The notes below the pieces were generated by a model. The model was not told the origin of the DNA. It did not search any database and saw only the letters and a program-made list of their open reading frames with translations. This document shows, piece after piece, positions 48,338 to 60,040 of a stretch of 64,000 nucleotides of DNA. The translations under genes and the position numbers were made by a program. The DNA comes from Marsupella aquatica (lineage: Eukaryota > Plantae > Marchantiophyta). Where the stretch lies: NCBI GenBank assembly GCA_973895155.1, contig OZ316894.1, forward strand, positions 5,790,944 to 5,854,943, given 5' to 3'. Within the stretch, counting starts at the first letter, position 1. The number at the start of each line of letters is the position of its first letter.

Positions 48338-51272
48338 TCAAGCCACATATGCACACTAGGGCCTGCCTGGTTGCTCGGTACAAAATTGATTCCTCCCTCG
48401 ATCTGACTAATTAACAAAATGGAGCTGTAAAACCTATAATGTTAGGTACTATTTACTCACTCAGGCACGGATCGAAGCATTTGTACAAATATATGTATAC
48501 ATCAACAGTGGAAAGAAAAAAACTCCCAAATCTCTCAAAATCTACAAAAACACACTAGGTTACAAATGCTCACACAAAATGTACAAATGCAGTCGACAAT
48601 GACATCAACTTCTGATCCCTTCCTCAGAATTAGCTAAACAATCTCTTGCATGCCAACCGTGCCAAGGATTGGCAGCCAGGATGAAGCTAGTTGCCGAGGA
48701 AGGACTCACAAAGATGGCTGTTGCCTATGACTGCATGAACCAGAAATCAACGCGTTGTAGCGACTGGACCCCATGACTAAGCTGGTGTTACACATATGCA
48801 CCGCAAATGGACCGGACTGTGGAAAACAGCAGCACTACTACACCAAGTGAGGAACGTGAAATGTATGGACAGCTATCGTTGGTGTAGCTATATATGGGCT
48901 GAGGAAGTTTGAACAAGAAACGTATTTACAAGGCTATAATTTACAAGTAACAAACAGCCATCGAAAGGATGAGCATGCAGGAGAAGATCAAGGGGGACCT
49001 CAAAACTGTCTAAGCATATTAACAGGTCTTTGTGTGGTCAGAGAGAGACCGAGTGATAGAGGCAGACAGACTGTATGCCTGAAACAGTCTAATGCTGCGC
49101 TCTGATTATGGCAATCTCTAGTGAACATATACCCAGGCACCCGCCCAGGCAAGGCTCTCTCTTGTCTGTCTCAAGCGTTGTTAAGGAGTCCTCCTGGTTG
49201 CTGTCTGCATGGCCAGCTGGGCCCACTGTCTTGCAAGGAAGGCAGGACCACCAAGTTCTTCGTGGCAGGCATATATCAGAGGTGTGTTATGTGCAGGTGT
49301 ATATAATTTTTTAAATCAATTTTCGTTTGACGGTATATACCCTGAACTAGACAATATTCGTTATTGGTATATTGGGTTCATGGCCTCCCTTCTTTTAGAG
49401 TAATTAACAGTGTATCCTGTTTTAGTGCTCGCCCAGGAAGGGACAACAATCATGCACAATCCCAAAAATTAGTCCTATATGGAAATCTCTAGATTTAATG
49501 TGGCAACGGCAAGCACTGCGTTAACGTCATAATTCTATGACTGATTTATGATTCTGCTTTTGTGAAGATATTTTCCAAACTCAATGTAACGATACTGCAG
49601 CTGAAATAGTCTATCTCTGTCGAATTAATGCCCAAAAAATCTGTTCTGTCTATACCCAAATTGAATTGTTTCAAACCATTTTGTGCTTAGGCAACAGAAT
49701 GCTTTATTGCCTTCACAGTTGTAATAGAGAGTATTAAGCTTTTTTAGGTGTCACATGCACGATTTTCAGAATAGTGTTTTTGCATTGATTACATGCATGG
49801 ATTGTATTGCACACTTCCTCTGAAACTAGGACGTACCAAGTTGCTACCAAACTAATCTACCCCTGGCTTGAATGAGTCTCTTCCTCTAATTTGAAGGTCT
49901 GGGCGGGGGTCTGAGAAGTTTCACTAGATGAACGGTCAACGATCTAAGGGAGTGTGAATTACATGAAGCCACTGGTCACGAGTACGCTTTTGTCCAGCAG
50001 TTTGTCCAGCTTTGTTTGAAACACTTCGGATGTGAAGTTTGCTCGGTCACAAAATTTCTTTGTTATATTTCGATCAAGTAATAATGAAATTTTTTCCAAG
50101 ATCATCTCTCAGAGTCTAGGCCCCTGTGGTCATACTTAAGCAAAAATAATAATTTTAATATGGTGTTATAACTAAGCGGTAACTGAATCTCAAGACTACC
50201 AAACTTGGATCTTAGATTTTTCATTTTATCGACTCTGATTTTATCACACGCTCTGACTTGTTGCATACATAAATTATTGATGCACAAGCAAAGTTGAAAC
50301 GACAGCATTCATCAGTTTTAGTAGAGATCCCTACGCCTGTTGCCATGTGTGGTGAATTGAAATCGAGCTTTTCTTTTCTTTTCGTTTTATGGAACCTAAG
50401 GGAAACTCCAGACAGATCGAAGAACCGGCCAGGCCGTGCAACTGGCCAGAAAGAATTTGAGTTTGTTTCCTCTAAGATATCTAAATCTGATGTATGGCCT
50501 TTTCTCAAATTGAAAATTGTCTTTGAAAATTGCCTTTTTCACTGTCAGGTTGCAAAACTTAGTAACTGGAGCTCTAGAGAGTTTTTATATGGTCTCCACC
50601 AACAGCATCTGAAAGATACTGACATTAGAATAACTACCGCCTCCATTTTTGGGGGAATCAAGCTCAAGAGATTCTTAAAGCAAACGACGAGCGTAAACAG
50701 GAGATTTGGGGGACCAAAACGTTGATTTCTACAGTTTTCACATGAAACAACAATTGAATCGTCGTTCAGAAAACAAAGACTAGAGACGATTTCCTAAAAA
50801 CGGCGATGCTAGTTCATGTCCTACTTTTACCCGGCAGCCATGCACCTTTACTTATAATTATTCAGGCTGGTCAAGATTTCCGACTCCTGGCTCACAAAAC
50901 GTGCACAATGTCGGAGCAGCTAGCCCTTGATTGAAAAATAAACTATAATGCTGCACTCCAGGAGTGAAAGGTTTCAGCAAGTTGCAAAACAAGACAACGT
51001 ACAGACTGCTCAAAAGTTGTGACGAAAAGATCTAGATATGAAAGAAGAAATGAGAAGCGCAGGTATGTCTTCGTGTATAGGAGAGAAATATTGACATTGT
51101 CCACGAGGTCAAGAAGAGCCTTTCGGTCCCTTCCTCATGCTTTCGCCCAGCTAATAATGTCCCTCCTTCCTCAGCCTGGAATGATGTACGTCGGTGGTCA
51201 AATCCCACATGCAGTCCACCGTGCATAAGTGCACGTGTATAACTGCAAGGTGATCCTGTCTTTCCTAATTGC

Positions 51273-51459
51273 AGCTTCTTTTGTAGGTGCACCCAACGCA
51301 GTTTTTCTAAGTGCATCTTGGCCATCACAGGGCCATCACTAGACGACAATTATATAATTAGGTACCTATGCACCTCTATAATTGTCCCTTAGTGATGGCC
51401 CCTGTGATGGCCACGATGCACTTAGAAAAACTGCATTGGGTGCATCTACAAAAAAAGCT
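51273..51459. repeat. ~187-bp fold-back hairpin (~80-bp arms)
   Basis: tgtaggtgcacccaacgcagtttttctaagtgcatcttggccatcacagggccatcact pairs with agtgatggcccctgtgatggccacgatgcacttagaaaaactgcattgggtgcatctaca. Confidence 0.9.
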
Positions 51460-51564
51460 ATCACTAAACCACAAATATACAAGTGCCTATTGTGGATACC
51501 CCCCTTTAAACATAGTACACAATGAACATCTTGTGATAATGGAAAATGGGGGAGCAATAAAGCT

Positions 51565-52248
51565 CATCCCAGTCCCCACCCAATGTTGTTACCCGCTCTG
51601 GCCCAAGTTTGTCAAAACATAAACCAGTATTCTACCATTTTGTCACCTGCTCCGGCCCCATCAACTTTGGGTTTATGTTTTAATTGGCATTGTTCACTTG
51701 TTGTCACATGCTCCGGCCCAATCAACTTTGTGTCATCTATTTCTTTCCTGTGTAGTCGTGGTTTATGTTCTGGAAACACTTCGTTCCAACAGTCAGAGTT
51801 ATGCTTGCTTTGTAAGAGAGTCTAAGTGTTGTAGAGCCTAGAACTTTGGTTAAGAGTCATGATTGATAGAGTTTTGGTTAATGTTCTGTCAAATGCTTGT
51901 TCTCTGACTATGGAGTTGTGGTTTATGTTTTGGCAACACTTCTTTCCAATGGAGTCATGCCTATTTAGTAATCAAGTTTAAGTGTTCACGCAAAGCCTAG
52001 TACTTTGGATGAGAGTCATAATGAATGATATAGTCTTAGTTTACGTTCTGGTAAACTTGGGCCGGAGCGGGCAGTAGCATCAGGGACCTGGGCCAAAGCG
52101 AGCAACAACAAGTGGGTGCCAGAAAATAAACCTGAAGTCGATGGCACAAAGTTGATCAGGCTAGAATGGGTGACACAACAGTAGAGTCTTGGCTAATGTT
52201 TTGACAAACTTGGGCTGGAGCGGGCAGCAGAATTAATGGGACTAGATT
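51565..52248. mobile_element. Old non-autonomous TIR element with ~100-bp degenerate TIRs and internal sub-repeats
   Basis: cccgctctggcccaagtttgtcaaaacat...tgtcacc...atcaacttt at the left is mirrored at 52145-52245; no clear TSD. Confidence 0.65.
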
Positions 52249-55200
52249 TAAGGTGTGGTTCTCTTCATGAACTACTCAATGTTTGTCTGAGGATAATTTA
52301 AAGCTTATACTCCTGGTACCCCTAGTGTTCATACTACTGCGGGTACTACTGATGATGTTGGAGAAGTGCGTGAAACTACTCAGTGCTTTGACAGGCTACA
52401 CTTATTAATATGTGCACATTACCTGACAGCACATATCTAGCAAAGAAGTGCAAATCAATCTCTCATTCAGTTATTGCAGTTATTTCCTATGATTGCACTT
52501 ATAGTGCGCCAGTGCACATCGTGCATAAGATCATGGTCAACGCTTCTCCACATGAGGATGCACTGGCTGCAAAACAATCAAAATTGTAAAGGTGTTAATC
52601 CATTTTGGCAAGTACTTTGGACTTTCTGTGTCAATCCATCCCAACTTTGGAATCCATCTGGGCTTCACAGGAAACCCCTCAGTCCATCCGGCTTTATATT
52701 CCAGTACCCACAACCTGTTAGAGGCCAGGATATATGGGTGCATTATGCAACTGGAGAGAGTTGTTGAGATTGGTGGGATATTAATTTACTCATGCCATCC
52801 TTCTATGAGACTCAGATTACTCATGGTAGCTATAGAATCAACAACAAACAATGCAACACATATTTGGGACGTCTACATGTGGACTATAAACACGTTTGTG
52901 CAAGAAACGAAGCTGCAGCATACCAAAGAAAAGTATTAAAATTTATTGAAGTTGTGAACTAACCATACAGTCATACCAAACAGTACGTCCCCAGTATTCT
53001 TTTGAGAGTCCCATGTAAGATTTCAAATTTTCTTAAGGGATGCTACACCAAATCAGCAAGAGGATCAAGTGATATGCTAATTAAACGTTGTCCAAATTAA
53101 TGCTCACTCAGCATATGATTGTCTGTTCTAACTCTAGTTTATTTAAGAATAAGAAGATTTTTCTGAAAAAACAACAAACTTAAACAAACCCCTAAGACAA
53201 ATTAGGCATTCAATTAACAGCCAACCCTGAGTTTCATGAGTTTATAATCTTTTGGCCTCAATGAAAGGTAAACTCTTTTGTAAACTCTTTTGTCACTCTA
53301 TTCATTAAAAGTGTATTTTTTGGCTGATTTTTAGGCCCCTAAATGTTCATTTTTTAGTTGCTAAATGTACTTACAGTCACCTTTTTACACTAAAATGTAC
53401 ACTATAGACAGTGAAATACCCTAATTTAAACCTAAATGGTTAACTGTAATTTGAGGGGGCAAAACTAAGGATCTTTACTAGAAGGCATCTAGTAAAGAGT
53501 CTAGTCCTAGCTCATTTACGAAAGATGAACATGAAAGAATGTCTAAATATGGCCATGACCTTTTTTGCTTGCCCGAATGTACATTTTTCGAAAGCGGAAA
53601 GTACACTTTATATTGCACTGTAAAGGTTCATAAACCATTCAATAATGATTCACTTTTGATGAATAGATGGAATTTTTGTCAACCCACCCAGTTAAGTGTT
53701 AACAAAGATAAGACCCTACCAAAATCTTGTATCCATGCCTAAAAGGCTACTATCAACCAAGGAGTACTTCGAAAGATATCAAGATTCACTTGATTAAAAT
53801 GTAGGTACTGGTTTGGAATCCTGCCAAATATTTATTATTTATTTCAATTGACTCTGTAGCACCGATCCCTTGCCTAGCATCACTGCACCTGAAGCAATTC
53901 AATATACCATCCTGCGGGGAATAAAACTTACTAGTAAAGTAGTAAATTTTTTACGGTCATTCCCCAACGTCCAATTGAAAGCTTTAAAAAAAGGCTTAAT
54001 TTTAAGTAAATTAAAGTAAGGAAGTTGACGCTCAAATGGATCACCCACATTTTACGTCAGTTAGGACTTATTACTTGAAACTTATTCCTTCATAGTCTTA
54101 CTCATATTTATTAGATTAGTTCTAGGGCCCAGTTAGTAATTGCCTTAATAGTGTCTTGACATATCCTTGTATTCACCCTGGGTACACAACTGCCCATCTC
54201 ATATGACATTAAAAGTTTTTAAATCTTGACAATGGATTTCTATGTCTTTCCATTTTAGTTACTATAGAAATTGGGAACCCAATTTCTATGTCTTTTTAAA
54301 TTATAAATATTTTCAATTATATAATTTTGAAAATTTTATTTTCAAAGTTTCTCTGCAAAAACATTTACAGAATATTTTTAATGTCATACTGAAGAACCCA
54401 GCTTTTATTGGAATAGACTTCTAACTAAGGCTATATAATAATGTAGACCCCTGGTTGCTTTCATTAAAGTTGCTTACCTAGTAGAATATTGTTTTACTTG
54501 ACTTAAAGAACCCCAGAAATCAAAAGGATGGTGCCCTGGTTACGTATCTTTGTTTAAAGATACTATACGATTAATTTTCAACAATCCTCCATGGATTAAG
54601 GAAATAATATAGCATGTTCATGCCTCTTTTTTTCTCTTTTTTTGTCTTGTAGTGATATGTAATTCATTTAATTTATTTTATCACTGCAACACTACCGACC
54701 CCTTTTGCGAACCCCGTCCCATCGCAACTAACAAAGGACCAAATTATGAAATTCCGGCATTTGCGAAACGCTACGCATCGCAACCCTTTCGCATTCTTTG
54801 AAACCCACAGCTTCGCAATCGGACTTTCGCAACCCCTTCGCAACACCTTCGCACACTGCGAAACTTATTTTATCGCACATAAATCACATTTATGCGATCT
54901 CGACAGACTCTTTATCGGTTTGCGACGCGCTCTGAACTATAACTTATTTGCGAAGCTGTTGTCTTGACAATTCCTTTGCCATTCATATGGTATCGCATAA
55001 CTGCGTCAGTCAGGGTGTCGCACAATTGCGGAACCAAAAGTATCGCAATGTTCCAATACTCAATGTATGGCAAGTTTGCGATAGTATGGCGTTCGCATGT
55101 GTTTCGCAAGGATAGTTTGAGGGCTGGGTTTTGTATATTTGGGTTCATAATTGGGTTGGGGTCTTATTGCTCCACATGAAGATACCAAAGCAAAACTTTA

Positions 55201-55326
55201 TATATGCCAAAAATCCCTGAATGTACAAAAATTAGGGTTTTCTAAAACCCTATGGGGTATCAAATACCAAGACACTGTCCTTTGACTAATCCATATGCCA
55301 TATGGAGTGAACTACATCTGCATCCT

Positions 55327-57380
55327 CTAGAATGGAGCCCGCCTACTCCTCTTTGCTGGCCTCTTCCCCTTGTCCTTCTTGCTTTGGGCGGGACGAGCTG
55401 GACGGGAGGGGGGTGGTGGCGGTGGTGGCGGTGGTGGTGGTGCCTGCTGCTCCTCCCCATCTGGCTCATCCTCATCATCTTCATCATCCTCATCATCATC
55501 CTCCTGGTCTCCTGGTGTGCTAGGTGTGGCAGCACTCCCTGCCCCTCTGGACCCACTCGTGGTGGCCCCGGTAGTGTCCCCATCATCAGCGCCGCTATCC
55601 TCCTCACTGCTATCCTCACTCCCCTCCTGCTCCTCCTTATCCTACTTCCATGTCACAAGGTTAATTCGGGTTTAGGGTTAATAGGAAAAATGTATAAACC
55701 TTATAAATGGAATGGGTGCGGGTTTAGAAAGGGTACTACAAATCACTCACACTAGCCAACTCTGCATCAACCAACTCAAAGAGATGTCTGGCCCCATGCT
55801 CTGCCCCTATCTCCATCTCCTTTGTTGTTATCTTGCGGCGGTACCTCTTATACTACCACAAAAAAATGAAACACCAAAACATAAGGGGCCCGGGTTAGTA
55901 ACTAAGGGTACTTAAGCAAAAAAGGAATCCTAAAAAGGATAAAAAGGGTACCCTAACCAGAAAAAAACCCCATTACCCTAACAAACATTTGTCACTCGAC
56001 ACTAAATGTTTTTCAAAATGAAACAAGCTTTGCAAAACTCCCACCTTCGCAAATTCAAATATATTTAAGTTTGCGAAATAGACTGCGAATCGGATTGCTT
56101 CGCAATGGCTTCGCAAACCTTACGGGAAAAAGGTTATAATAGAGTTTGCAAAACAATTGCGAGGCAACCCGCTTCGCAATTGTTTCGCAAACTGTGCTTT
56201 TAAAAAAATCCGAGAAATGGCTAAGGCACGCAATGTGTCAGGGTGACCTAAAACGAAAGGGGAGGCCATAAGGGGTAAAGCAGAGGTCTGCGAGGGGCAT
56301 TGCAGGCAAGCAAACAACAATTGAAGGCAAAGGAAAAGAAGCAGGGGAGGAGGGGAGAGGACTCACGAAGGTTGCTTTCAGGCCAGGAAGTCCACCTTGC
56401 CCCATCTTGTGTGTGGTCTTGGGGCGTTTGCTGACTCGGTTTGCTGCAAGGATGAACTTCTGGGGTGGTGTCCCCACTTCATCCACGATGTGCTGAGAGA
56501 CCTTCTCAGCCAATGCCTTGAGGTCTTTGTCTGACTTCCCGGCCTGAAGTGCCTTGGCCTCCTTCTCCTTCCAGAATTGGAGGTCCTTGGCTGCTTTCAG
56601 CTGCACCTCGACCTTATAGAACGCGTTCCACACATCCTCTGTGAATTGCACTGGCCTCCTCACGTTCCTGTACTCCTGCAAGCTTGCCAGGTAGGCCCTC
56701 ACCTTCCTCCTATCATGGTATCGTGCTTGAGACATTGAATTCGAAATTCTATCTGCAAGCCACTGGTCATCAATCTCTGCTCCATTTCTGAATGAATCTT
56801 TGACCTGAGTCATTACTTTCCTCTGCTCTGATCTGCTTAGTTTCCCCCAATCAACACCTCGTGCAAAGCTAGTCCTCACAGCAAGCCTGATAGTGCTCTT
56901 TGCCCCAGTGTAGGCCAACTCAGTAGGAATGCCCTCAACCAAGGCAATCAATGGCAGCTTCTTCCTCTCTTCCTCCTTTTTCCGCTGCGCCTCATGTTGT
57001 GCTCGAATCTCATCTCGTTCCTCCCTTCTCCTCTTCTTTTCGAGGGCTGCAGGAGAGAGTACTCCTGCCTTAGCCCTCTCCTCCTTCTTTCATTTCTTCT
57101 CTCTGGCCTTCTCCTCAGCTGCAGCCTTTGCCTCTTTCTCCCTCTGAGCCTGCCCTGCTGCAACCCCGGTTTGCAAAGCTTGCCCTAGAATTGCACTCAA
57201 AGAAGCAATCCCAGCTGGTGTACTCAAATCCAAATGGCTCAGCTGTGTGGCATTGAGATGCTCGGCCATCAAATTCGTCCATTGATTACTCTCCTCATTC
57301 CTGTTCCCTCCATTGCCATTGCCACTCCCACTCCCACTTGCCCCTGCCCCATCCCCTCCACGCCCTCCACTAGAATCCAT
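55327..57380 (-). pseudogene. TnpA-like (ORF2) protein of the CACTA element, ~476 aa; exons 57380-56367, 55852-55751, 55641-55327; one in-frame TGA at 57090-57092
   Basis: The 57380 and 56951 ORFs share a frame. It has a coiled coil, W..L....RK..M, EDVWNAF and HKMGQGG motifs reminiscent of Ptta/En-Spm TnpA, phase-0 GT-AG introns, and an acidic / poly-Pro / basic NLS-like tail. Confidence 0.7.
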
Positions 57381-58746
57381 AGCTATCCAACACCAAGCGC
57401 GCGCAAGCTCTCCTCCTGCCCTCCCTCACTTCAAAAAACGTCGAATGGGCCTCGTAACCCGGCGGGAAGGTCCAAATGCCCAGACAAAACACATTTGCGA
57501 CGCAGTCTGAATCGCAATTTGCGAATCAGCCCGCTTCGCAACTAGTATCTCAACTTTCCAAAACCAATGCGAAACCACACGCTTCACAAAGCCTTTGCAA
57601 AGCTGTAGAGACACGAAAAAACGCTCTCGGGCTCTGTTTTTCCGAAGCTGTTGCGAAACATTTTGCTTCGCAAATAATGTGACCAAATTCTGAAGCAGGT
57701 TGCGAAGCAGGTCGGTTCTCAATATCGTGGCAATTCCTGGCGAATTTTTTTTTCACATTCTTTCCCTCCTCCTTTTGTTTAGGCCATGTAAGTTATACTA
57801 TGCCCTTTTGTGTAATTAAGAAATTCCGCCGTTTCAAATCTCGGCGTTTGTTAGGGTTGGGTCTTGGATGAAGCTGGTTTTTTTAGGGGTTAAAAGCGAG
57901 ATTACCAGTCAAACCTTCCGTTTTTTAAGCTATACATGGTGTGGGTGTAGGCTAATTTTGATAAGAGTTGGGTTTTGGTTTAAAATTAATAAGTGAGGAA
58001 AGGGTTTAGGATTAAAGTTGGGTTTGGGTTTAGGGTTTAAGTCTTTAATTTTGGGTTTAAGCAGGGTTTGCATTTATGGTTGTAGGCTTTTAGGGTTCAA
58101 GCAAGGGTTTAGGGTTTAAAACAAAAGAGAGGAAGGGGATTGGGAGTGAGGGTCTAGGTTTTTGTAATAGGTCAGAGGTTTGGGGGTGAGGGTTTGGAAA
58201 AGGCAAAGCAAGGTTAGATGAGATTAATGTTTTAGTTGTTTTACCATGGGTTTTATGGGTTTTAATGGGTTTTATGGATCTTTTGGGTTTTAATGGTTTT
58301 TCCATGGGTTTTATGCTAACAAAGGAGGAGGAGCTATAACAACTTGCAGGGTGCGGCACTTTTGCATGAATTGATACTAGCTAATGCGTATGCATCGTGA
58401 GAGCCCGGGCATCTGGAGGTACGGACTAAAATAGATGGGTCTAGTTAGGCTTATTCATGTAATTAAAATTTTTGGTTCCCACTATCTATAAAGAGGACAT
58501 GTATGTAAGGTGTTCGCTTTGTGTACTTGCAACTTTTCTCATACTTCCAGATTCGGTTCATTATTTTAGAGCCACAAGACCTATTGGCACCGCTGAGCCT
58601 GGGTCTCAGAAAGGTATTTTTTAGTGTTCCTTTTGTGTTTGGTTTCATGTCATCATTACTTGAGAACTTACATTTGTCCAGCTTGATATTGTGATGTTAT
58701 TTGGTAATAACCCCTAACTTGCAAATTATACATCTTTGTAGGGGCA

Positions 58747-59897
58747 ATGTCTTCATCTTTTGAGATCTCCACCATAGATTCTTCCTCCTCCGATGAAGAT
58801 ATACCACCTCCTCCTCAACCTCACACGACTGCACCTCCTCCTCGTGGTCCACCCCGTCAGCTTTGCCAATGTGCCAAATGCGTGGGTCAGGTTTCCCAAA
58901 AGTCCTATATATGCACCCAGCATATTGAGAGATATGGACGTTACGTACGTCATACAACAGGGGCTTCCTCATCCCATGTGGTAAGTGTTTACGCCTTAGT
59001 TTCTACCCTATTTCCACATCGCAATGGTGAAGGTTTTTAATTTCACACCTCTTGTTGTTTGTTTTGGTTTGGGTGCAATAGGTATCTAGTAGGCCTAGAC
59101 CTGCGGCATCAGCACCTTATGTCCCATCACAAGGTGTTCTAGATGCTATAGGCAATGCATTCTCACAAGCCTTGGGTCTAGCAACAGCCCCCTCCAGTCC
59201 TAGGGCAGTTGGGGGTGTGCCTGTTGTCCCAAGAGGGAGAAAGCATTCCAAGAGATGGCCCCGAGGGGATACTGATTTGTACAAGGCAGTGGTTACCGGT
59301 AGGTGGGGTGATTGTGAGTTTACTGGCAGATGTGTTCCTATCATCAAGGACTGGGATCCCCAGACTCTTGGTTTGCCACAAGAGCTTTCCTATGGTGAGG
59401 AGGTAGAGGTTTGGGGAAGACGTTGGGTTATCAAACCTTCCACACTTGGGGATAGACATGGCTATGGAGTTTTTGCTTGTGAAGACATCATTGTGGATAC
59501 CGAGAGTGGTAGTGGTGGACGCGGTCGAGAAGGACCTACATTGTTTCCTTATGGTGGACCCATCTACAAGAGAAGACATTGGAACATGATCCTTGCACAA
59601 CATCCTGAGTGGAAGACTTATGCCTTGGAGTTAGATACTTTTGATGGAAACACTAGGAGGTATAGTGAGCAGCGGGTGATAGATGGGGACCCCATACAAA
59701 CTGGGAATATAGCTGGTTTCATAAATAGTACTGTGGGGACTCGCCCCAAGCGTAGGAAAAATTGTGAGTGGGTTTTCATTCAGGGTCCTCCACCAGCCCC
59801 TTATGGCCAGACATATCATCATGACCATTGTCTGGTTGTAGCTACTAGGACCATTCACTCAGGTGATGAGTTGTTTACTCACTATGTGTGGGATTAG
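58747..59897 (+). CDS. SET-domain (lysine methyltransferase-like) protein inside the CACTA element, 349 aa; exons 58747-58980 and 59082-59897
   Basis: IKPSTLGDRHGYGVFACEDI, LFPYGG, YALE, VIDG, GNIAGFINS, NCEWV, VVATRTIHSGDELFTHY in SET order. Phase-0 intron gtaagt...caatag; no stops or frameshifts. Confidence 0.82.
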
Positions 59898-60040
59898 AAA
59901 ATGACCATACACATGGCGTTTGGCCACATTTTGTATTTACACCAGTACCGATATTATTTCATGTTTGCACACCCCCATATATTCTTCTACATGTTGTAAC
60001 TATTTGCTTTGTAACTTTCAATTGTTTGCATTGTTTTTAG

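Noticed and set aside
55252-55755. Plus-strand Trp/Leu-rich and Gly/Ser-rich ORFs
   Set aside because: Antisense shadows of the low-complexity last exon of the TnpA-like gene.
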